Positions 26,550-32,000 of a DNA stretch of 32,000 nt are shown piece by piece. Below the pieces are notes generated by a model that was given only the letters and a program-made list of their open reading frames with translations, did not search any database and was not told the origin of the DNA. The position numbers were made by a program, and so were the translations under genes. The stretch comes from Zestosphaera tikiterensis (GTDB taxonomy: Archaea > Thermoproteota > Thermoprotei_A > Sulfolobales > NBVN01), in the NCBI GenBank assembly GCA_003056265.1, contig NBVN01000002.1, forward strand, positions 270,001-302,000, in the 5' to 3' direction. Positions within the stretch are counted from its first letter, which is position 1. Each line of letters opens with the position of its first letter.

Positions 26550-27068
26550 TTAGGTTGGGTTGTTTGCTCCCTGCTTGTTTTGTGTTTCTTTTTCTGGTGT
26601 TTTAACCGTGTATGTTTTGCTGATTTCATACATCCATGCGTAGGCTGGTATCAACGCTATGTATGGGTCTTTCAGGAAGCATATGTAGAGTGTTTTCTTA
26701 TTTGGCCTCCTGTCTTCAGCTATGCGTACGCACCTGTCTTCAACTCCTTTAACGTCGAAAAGAATGAGTGTTGAAATCGCCAACTTATCCACCATTAGCT
26801 TGATAGCTTCAGGCTCTCCAACGCACAAGCCCGTGGTGAATTTACTGGAGTATATAATACATAACGCCGTGGGGAACAGCCTCTCCTTGTCGAAGCACAT
26901 GGCGGCCCCCGACCTTACGCCCCTCCTCATCCAGAGCTTTTCTTTCCTAGCAAGCTCAAACACGAGCGTGGCGAAATAATTTAGGGGGCGTCGGTGGTTT
27001 CTGTTGTAGGTCTCATACAGTATGATGTGCTTGCCGTCCTCATATATTATTTTTGTCTTGGAGTGCAT
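26550..27068 (-). CDS. Hypothetical protein (basic, island-encoded)
   Basis: 172-aa ATG ORF with no motif recognised. It is the longest ORF in this segment; the two plus-strand ORFs overlapping it have implausible compositions. Confidence 0.45.
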   Translation of the reverse strand: MHSKTKIIYEDGKHIILYETYNRNHRRPLNYFATLVFELARKEKLWMRRGVRSGAAMCFDKERLFPTALCIIYSSKFTTGLCVGEPEAIKLMVDKLAISTLILFDVKGVEDRCVRIAEDRRPNKKTLYICFLKDPYIALIPAYAWMYEISKTYTVKTPEKETQNKQGANNPT

Positions 27069-27220
27069 CCCAACACCCCACGCTCATCGTTACGTACAGG
27101 TCTGAAAGCTCCATAAAGCCTACGGCTATCCTTAGCTCTTGAACTATAAAGCTCACATACAATCACGCAATCCCCATCCTCACAAACCACACACATACCG
27201 CATCGACATGCGTACCTCAT
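27047..27220 (-). CDS. Possible small cysteine-rich protein (57 aa)
   Basis: Below the track cutoff; my translation is MRYACRCGMCVVCEDGDCVIVCELYSSRAKDSRRLYGAFRPVRNDERGVLGCTPRQK. It has 8 Cys, 7 of them in the first 22 residues, and its 3' end overlaps the start of the 172-aa ORF by 22 nt. Confidence 0.3.
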   Translation of the reverse strand: MRYACRCGMCVVCEDGDCVIVCELYSSRAKDSRRLYGAFRPVRNDERGVLGCTPRQK

Positions 27221-27327
27221 GAGAGTTTATATTCTCTTCGATCAAGCTCTAAAAATAGATCAACATTATCGAGAAATAGCCTTTCTGGATCTGGGGTTGA
27301 AAATCTAATTATAAGGGCTCAACCCCC

Positions 27328-27406
27328 CACGCGAGTTAAATTTCCTGAGAGGTTATCTAGGGAATCGAGCAAAGCATTTGAAAGTCTTGAAAAAGTGTAA
27401 ATTTGT
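27328..27406 (+). repeat. Dispersed repeat family, copy C (divergent)
   Basis: CACGCGAGTTAAATTTCCTGAGAGGTTATCTAG, a 33-nt spacer, then AGTGTAAATTTGTTC. Confidence 0.55.
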
Positions 27407-27595
27407 TCTTTTCAACTACTTCAAAGCTTTCGTGACTAGCTCAGTAACTAGTTTTGCTTACTTTGTTAAGCTTATCAAGGAAAGCTAAACGAGTAGATCC
27501 TCAGACCTCAATAACCCTTAGGGAAGCTAATCACTTAGAAAATCTAATTGCTTAGGGGATCTAACGCATTAGAAAATCTACCCCTCGATAAGTGA

Positions 27596-27664
27596 GTTAG
27601 ATTTTATGAGGTTTTAGACCTCATCCACAATGGATATCCCTCTCTTCATCCTTAATGTAAGCTT
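27596..27664 (+). repeat. Dispersed repeat family, copy D (divergent right block)
   Basis: GTTAGATTTTATGAGGTTTTAGA, a 36-nt spacer, then ATGTAAGCTT. In this copy ATGAGGT/ACCTCAT also forms a 7-bp hairpin (27606-27624). Confidence 0.55.
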
Positions 27665-27782
27665 AACAAACTCTTTATTACTGATTTAGAGTAGGAAAGA
27701 GATTGAGGTGTTCGAAGCTTTGTACATACATAGTTCAATAGTTAAATCTTTAAACTAAATTACTAAGAGTTATGTTGTAAGT

Positions 27783-28853
27783 ATGTACTCTTTCGGGTTG
27801 ATAGACTTGATTCGCAGGTTCGCTATATTCGCGTTCGCATTGATAATGATATTAGTACTATCGGCTTCGGTAACACAAGCTAGAGGTCCTGTTGCTGAAA
27901 GTTCCATTCAAGGTATTTATGTTGTTAGGATATATGGAAATACTGTTCTACTGCTTCTAAACAAATCTGCAATGAGGTTCATAAATGGGTTCTGGGTTGT
28001 GGAAGGGGTGAATATGGTTGACCTTACTCAGCAGATTCTCAACATTGTGGGTTCGTATACTGTTGAAGGAGCTAGAGCCGTCATCAGCGACGGTAAAGCA
28101 TGTGTAGTGGGTTACAATCGAAGCTGTATGGAGGTGGAGAGGCTCGGAGATGATTTTGCATATGTGGTTTCAGCTCTGATAAGGGCTGGTCTGCGGATCG
28201 GCTCCCTTGAGCTTTATAGACATAGCGATAATACCCTGAGGATCTTGATGGGTATGGGGATTGTTGAATCTGTAGGCATAGACAAGATCGTGAGTGCCCT
28301 CAGCACTCTGAATCGAAGAGTAGTAGTCGAAGAAGTTGTAGCGGTAGGAAGAATAATTTCATGCTTCGACGCGCCAGAGCTATGCAACGCTACAGCTTCA
28401 ACCCCATGCTTCACATCATTTGCTGAAACCGCGTACGGTCTTCAGATCACTTTGGGGTGCAACTGCGTTAAGAGGCTGGCTGAGGAGAGGAATACATCTA
28501 TAGATGAAGCTGTAGGCTTGATCTTAGAGAGATTAAAGCCTTTAGTAGACAAATACTTCGACCAGAGACCGCTAGTGGCTATAGAACCCGAAGTCAGAGG
28601 GGTACCACTACCACTAGTAGTACCAAGAACATCAACTACGAGCGGAAGCAAAGCCGAAGAACCTCAGCGATCAAATGCGGTTAACACTGTGACCTCCACA
28701 TCAACACCAATGAATACTCAGAACCTGGGAACTGTCAGTGTTGATAGGAACTCCATTTTGATGGCTACAGCATTTTCGTCAGTAGCAATAGCTTTAATCT
28801 TAATCATTGTATCTAAGCGTACTCTCATCAGGCATCGAACATTGAGCACTTAA
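27783..28853 (+). CDS. Secreted/membrane-anchored protein with Ser/Thr-rich stalk
   Basis: 356 aa. N-terminal hydrophobic signal/anchor (FAIFAFALIMILVLSASVTQARG), S/T/P-rich linker (PRTSTTSGSK...VTSTSTPMNTQ) and C-terminal TM helix (ILMATAFSSVAIALILIIV) followed by basic residues. Confidence 0.6.
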   Translation: MYSFGLIDLIRRFAIFAFALIMILVLSASVTQARGPVAESSIQGIYVVRIYGNTVLLLLNKSAMRFINGFWVVEGVNMVDLTQQILNIVGSYTVEGARAVISDGKACVVGYNRSCMEVERLGDDFAYVVSALIRAGLRIGSLELYRHSDNTLRILMGMGIVESVGIDKIVSALSTLNRRVVVEEVVAVGRIISCFDAPELCNATASTPCFTSFAETAYGLQITLGCNCVKRLAEERNTSIDEAVGLILERLKPLVDKYFDQRPLVAIEPEVRGVPLPLVVPRTSTTSGSKAEEPQRSNAVNTVTSTSTPMNTQNLGTVSVDRNSILMATAFSSVAIALILIIVSKRTLIRHRTLST

Positions 28854-29203
28854 TTCAAACATAAATCCTTTCTTTCCCGCATCCCTAGGGCTGAAAAGAA
28901 AAAGTGGTTTTCCATATTATATTATTATAGTACCTATAGGTGTAGGTGGGAAACCGCCTAGGGAGCCTAGGGAAAGTGAAGTTAAGCATTGATTAACTGT
29001 ACTTTAACAACCTCGTCGAAAATGTTATGGGCTAGTAGGGTAGGTCCCCAGCCATTTAAATGTTCTGCTACGAACACTCCGTGTCATTCCCGGTTGTTGC
29101 TTACATGTATTATAGTGTTTTACACACTAGTGTTGCAGGTTTGAGGAGGTCTTCTATTAATTCCGCACAGTATAGTTTATAGCTCTGAGAGCAGATTCTA
29201 TAG

Positions 29204-29533
29204 ATGATGGTGTCTATGCCTTCGACTGAGAAAAACACTCGAGTCGAGGTTAGGAAGGAGTTAGAGGTGCTTGAACAGGGTTTTGCTGAAAAGCACGGGA
29301 TGCAAGCGCGTATTGTTATATGTCCTGCAATACGCTTCGGGTCAGCGGATCCTCTAGACTACGCTCGGGGCACTACTAGTGCACCCACAGCTGTGGTACC
29401 CCAGGAGCAGAAGAAACAGGGGCTCGATGCAATAGCCGACATCATTAATGAAACAGACATAGTGGTCGAAAGGATTGAAAAGGCTCTTGGGTCTACATGG
29501 TCGTCTATGTCCGCTACTATAGCAATGTCCTGA
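29204..29533 (+). CDS. Hypothetical protein
   Basis: 109-aa ATG ORF with normal charged composition. TATA-like AGTTTATA lies 23-30 nt upstream (29174-29181). It competes with the antisense ORF 29354-29722. Confidence 0.35.
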   Translation: MMVSMPSTEKNTRVEVRKELEVLEQGFAEKHGMQARIVICPAIRFGSADPLDYARGTTSAPTAVVPQEQKKQGLDAIADIINETDIVVERIEKALGSTWSSMSATIAMS

Positions 29534-29723
29534 GGAGGTATATTGATGAACGCTGGAGACTAAACATAACTGATAAGCTGGTGAAGTTCGCCGAAGAACG
29601 GGATCTTTAAAGACATACACGGCGAGCACCGACTTGTGCGGATGTTCGTCGACATGGCTGGCCACGCCTAGGCGTTCCATCTTGTCAGCGTTTTCTAAAG
29701 GTGTCTTCAACATCGCCACCAAG

Positions 29724-31472
29724 TTACCTTATCTGTGGGAACAGGTAGTAGGCTAGGGTGGGCTCGCCTTGAGGGGTTCTTAGATTGAGGAGCACTGTTC
29801 CAGCGACAATCATGTAGAGAACTGTTGTGAACTCGTCACCATATTCTTTAGCCAGCTTGTCACCCTCTCCAGCAATCTTGTGTACAAGTGCGCTGTCGAT
29901 CCCGCTGAGGGCATCCACTGTTAAAACCAGCACGTCCACCCCGATTCTAGGTACCGGCACCACCCTAGATACGGCATTCGCGCTTCTCGCATTCGGGACT
30001 ATTACTACGAGGTACCTTGCTTCAGCAGCGCTTGGAACTTTGAGCTCTATCAGCTCTCTGAGCTTGTTTAGCGTGCTTGAGGATATGTAGCCTCTTCTAT
30101 CAGCTCTTAGTGCATGCACGACGAGGAATATTCTGTCGCTCCTAATATGTATGAAGTCTATCTGAGGCCCTCTTTTTCTCCTCCTTCCCTCCGATACGGC
30201 TCCCTGAGCCTCCTTGGAGTACGGCAGTTCCAGCCCGAGCGCCCTAATCGACTGATCCCTGTACACCTCGATCCCGCGATCCTGCCTGTAGACACCATGT
30301 TTTTGAAGTACTTGTTCAACTGCTTTGAGGATCGCATCCTTAACGATTTCTGGATCGGGTTGCGACATGCTTTGACTCCTGAGCTCTTCATAGAATTTCG
30401 AGAGCTTTTCTGCGAGCACCCTTATATTTCTGTCTCTTAGGAAGCCCAGCAGGAGCTCTGCTATGCCCAGTCCATTCAGTGATGCAACTGAATAGTTGGG
30501 GTAGGATAAGTAGCTACCGCCTTCGTGGACCTCAGCAATTATCCTCTCACTGAGGCTTGCTTTTGGAAGACTTGAAAGTGTGAGCACTGCAAGTCCGTGC
30601 TTATATTTTCTGACCTCTTCAAGCAGGCTGGAGCACTCGCCACCAGACGCGTTTGTAATGTAGAAATCAGCTATGCTTGCAATGACTTCGGCCAGCTCAT
30701 TGATGCGTTCAAGTCTGCGAAGCCTTGACCAGTATGCATCTAGGTTTACTATGCTTGCACCTCTGAACAGCTGGACGAATTTTCCCCTTGTGTAGCTGTT
30801 TCTAAACGCGCTCTCTATAGATTCCTCTGGGAACTCTCCGAAAAACATTTCAGCCCCAGGCGCCTCAGCAAGGCAGACCTTCAATATCTGAAGAGTTGTA
30901 GCTCTCTCAGCTGTAATCCGCTCACTCTGGAGGGCTAATATAAGCATGAACCTCCCAGCATACTTGTTTACCATAGGCACGAGCTTATCTCTTATATATT
31001 TGAGGGCTTCCTCTTCTGCTTCCGCAAGGTCGTCGAGTGCTAAGGCTATTCTGGCTGTCGGCGAGTTCTTGAGTGCGGTTTCAATCTTTTCGACAGTGCT
31101 CCTCAGAAAGTCTGCAGGTGCTCCCTCTTTTTTCATGCTGTTCTGACCTTCCCTGCCACCTTTTTCAGCGGTCTGCTCACCGAAGTTCACATATTCGAGC
31201 TTCCAAGAGCCTGAAAGATAGTGCTCTATGTACCTTATTACAAGAGTCTTTCCGCATCCTCTTCCGCCAAGGATCACAATAATGTTCTTGCCCAGCGCGC
31301 CCTCCCTAACCAGTGCCTGGAATATTGGGTTCTCGTCGAGTTTCTTCTTAAACATTTCCTTGATCTGCTGGAAGGATTGTCGCTTCGTCGCATCCTCCAG
31401 GAATTTGACTACCTTATCCAGCGTGCATACTCCACTGTCAGACACCACGGTTCCCACCCCCATATGTTTCAC
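29724..31472 (-). CDS. P-loop NTPase (AAA+/archaeal-ATPase-like) with long C-terminal region
   Basis: 582 aa. Walker A ILGGRGCGKTLV, candidate Walker B RIALALDDLAEAEEE, then LILALQSE. GTG start at 31472 or ATG at 31463. Overlaps the upstream ORF by about 26-35 nt. Confidence 0.75.
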   Translation of the reverse strand: MKHMGVGTVVSDSGVCTLDKVVKFLEDATKRQSFQQIKEMFKKKLDENPIFQALVREGALGKNIIVILGGRGCGKTLVIRYIEHYLSGSWKLEYVNFGEQTAEKGGREGQNSMKKEGAPADFLRSTVEKIETALKNSPTARIALALDDLAEAEEEALKYIRDKLVPMVNKYAGRFMLILALQSERITAERATTLQILKVCLAEAPGAEMFFGEFPEESIESAFRNSYTRGKFVQLFRGASIVNLDAYWSRLRRLERINELAEVIASIADFYITNASGGECSSLLEEVRKYKHGLAVLTLSSLPKASLSERIIAEVHEGGSYLSYPNYSVASLNGLGIAELLLGFLRDRNIRVLAEKLSKFYEELRSQSMSQPDPEIVKDAILKAVEQVLQKHGVYRQDRGIEVYRDQSIRALGLELPYSKEAQGAVSEGRRRKRGPQIDFIHIRSDRIFLVVHALRADRRGYISSSTLNKLRELIELKVPSAAEARYLVVIVPNARSANAVSRVVPVPRIGVDVLVLTVDALSGIDSALVHKIAGEGDKLAKEYGDEFTTVLYMIVAGTVLLNLRTPQGEPTLAYYLFPQIR

Positions 31473-32000
31473 CGCTGTTCTCCCAAATTTTCTTTACTAT
31501 AGAAAGGAACTGCTGGGGAAGAATGAAGAGTGAGTCGTATCCTTCTCCTCTAGGCAGGAGCCTTAGCAAGGGTTTCTCCATTACTGAAGTCTGCACTCCC
31601 CTAATCCGGGCTCTGATCATGAATGATAGTGAGGCGTTGAACATTGTGAGCTGGCTGGACGCGTAGGCTGAGACGAGGGGCTTTCCGCTGTACTTTTCAA
31701 GCCTTCTGAGGATGTCTGCCTCCTTCCAGAACTCCAAGATCTCTTCTGCGACTTCTCGAACACTCACAACAAAGTCGCCTCGCCTCTCCTGCTTGTTGAT
31801 GAGCCTCAGCACCGCTACAGCTATGTCTGCTGGTGTAACCGGCATGTCCTTGCTCGCCCTCCCGGTCTCTACGGCGTACTGCATGAAGATCGGAGATAGC
31901 AGGATGAAGGAGGCAAGTGCTGAGGCCTCGCCTGCAAGCGGGCCCTTCTTCGGTCTTATCATGTCTGAGATTCTAAGCCTTACTGGGATTCTGCCTCCCT
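31438..32000 (-). CDS. Hypothetical protein, upstream partner of the ATPase (probably 5'-truncated by the window end)
   Basis: The track gives 174 aa from the ATG at 31962, but the same frame stays open to position 32000 (GGRIPVRLRISD-M...), so the true start may lie outside the window. Confidence 0.5.
   Translation of the reverse strand, partial: GGRIPVRLRISDMIRPKKGPLAGEASALASFILLSPIFMQYAVETGRASKDMPVTPADIAVAVLRLINKQERRGDFVVSVREVAEEILEFWKEADILRRLEKYSGKPLVSAYASSQLTMFNASLSFMIRARIRGVQTSVMEKPLLRLLPRGEGYDSLFILPQQFLSIVKKIWENSGETYGGGNRGV

Larger units (their letters stand above)
16240..32000. mobile_element. tRNA-Thr-associated integrated element / mosaic genomic island (left end at the tRNA; right end not found in the window)
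   Basis: The integrase gene starts 66 nt after the tRNA 3' end. Downstream there are pseudogenes, long ORF-free spacers, dispersed repeats, defence-type cargo and rising GC. Hand-counted 60-nt lines give 33-43% in the core, about 45% in the helicase operon and 47-60% beyond 28 kb. Confidence 0.5.

Noticed and set aside
26520-26979. Plus-strand ORFs 26520-26774 (Cys/Phe/Trp-rich) and 26722-26979
   Set aside because: Both overlap the longer minus-strand 172-aa ORF and have implausible compositions. They are kept only as a caveat that coding assignment in this segment is weak.
26354-27335. Candidate attR / decayed tRNA 3'-half copies. For example GGAAATCTAACCCCCTGCG compared with the complement of the tRNA T-arm GGGATTCGAACCCGCGACC, and GGCTCAACCCCCCACGCG at 27316-27333 compared with GGCTTAACTCACGCG just after the tRNA.
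   Set aside because: Similarity is only about 12 of 19 positions or needs indels. That is too weak in short AT/GC-biased strings to call an att site, and no exact direct repeat of the tRNA 3' end was found by eye. It needs a computed alignment.
27535-27624. Possible CRISPR-like array, since three copies of the GAAAATCTA core are spaced about 30-34 nt apart
   Set aside because: There are only three short (about 11-nt) cores, one of them inverted. There are no longer identical repeats, no regular repeat-spacer periodicity beyond this and no cas genes. No CRISPR array is present anywhere in the window.
28872-28976. Imperfect inverted repeat CTTTCCC...CCCTAGGG / CCTAGGGAAAG downstream of the membrane-protein gene, as a possible terminator or recombination site
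   Set aside because: The arms are short and interrupted, with a loop of about 75 nt. CCTAGG is itself a palindrome, which inflates the apparent symmetry, so this is not convincing.
29354-29722. 122-aa minus-strand ORF immediately downstream of the ATPase gene (TTG start)
   Set aside because: Only the first 45 or so residues look protein-like; the rest is Cys/His/Ser-rich and overlaps the more plausible plus-strand ORF 29204-29533 by 180 nt. A shorter real gene confined to about 29534-29722 cannot be excluded.
1-32000. rRNA genes, additional tRNAs, transposase/IS elements and cas genes
   Set aside because: None were recognised. The only structured RNA gene I could fold is tRNA-Thr, and no ORF shows DDE transposase or Cas signatures.

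Overview
AT-rich archaeal chromosome segment, most consistent with a hyperthermophilic crenarchaeon. The evidence is an archaeal-type GlyRS, a tRNA-splicing endonuclease catalytic subunit, a type-2 MetAP, a DUF1512-like protein, frequent GTG/TTG starts and a very GC-rich tRNA in an AT-rich background. Positions 1-16.2 kb are ordinary core genome. They hold a SsnA-like amidohydrolase, a carbamate kinase and two tandem YgeW-family carbamoyltransferases, then HIT, metallophosphoesterase, MetAP, an MBL-fold hydrolase, UbiX, EndA, a DUF47-like protein, GlyRS, agmatinase and several small zinc-ribbon or hypothetical genes. A tRNA-Thr(UGU) at 16166-16239 marks a sharp transition. Immediately downstream lies an intact tyrosine-recombinase (pNOB8-type-like) integrase, followed by a mosaic, compositionally foreign island that runs to the window end with no right boundary found. 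The island contains decayed genes (an AbrB-like ORF plus a frameshifted Zn-ribbon pseudogene and about 0.8 kb without ORFs). Its main cargo is a divergent RHH regulator plus a tightly coupled four-gene operon: a 1120-aa DExH helicase with an unknown N-terminal domain and Zn-ribbon inserts, a DUF1998 protein, a wHTH-PLD(HKD) nuclease and a 389-aa orphan. This helicase/DUF1998/PLD triplet resembles the DISARM core (drmA/drmB/drmC), but no methyltransferase, drmD or drmE is visible, making it the best candidate for an undescribed defence system. The cassette is bracketed by inverted copies of a roughly 70-80 nt repeat family that recurs, with a short GAAAATCTA core, in unusually long non-coding spacers. 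Further right are a small two-gene module, a membrane-anchored S/T-stalk protein and a higher-GC minus-strand operon with a 582-aa P-loop ATPase, truncated by the window end. All calls come from reading the sequence and ORF translations by eye; no database searches were run.
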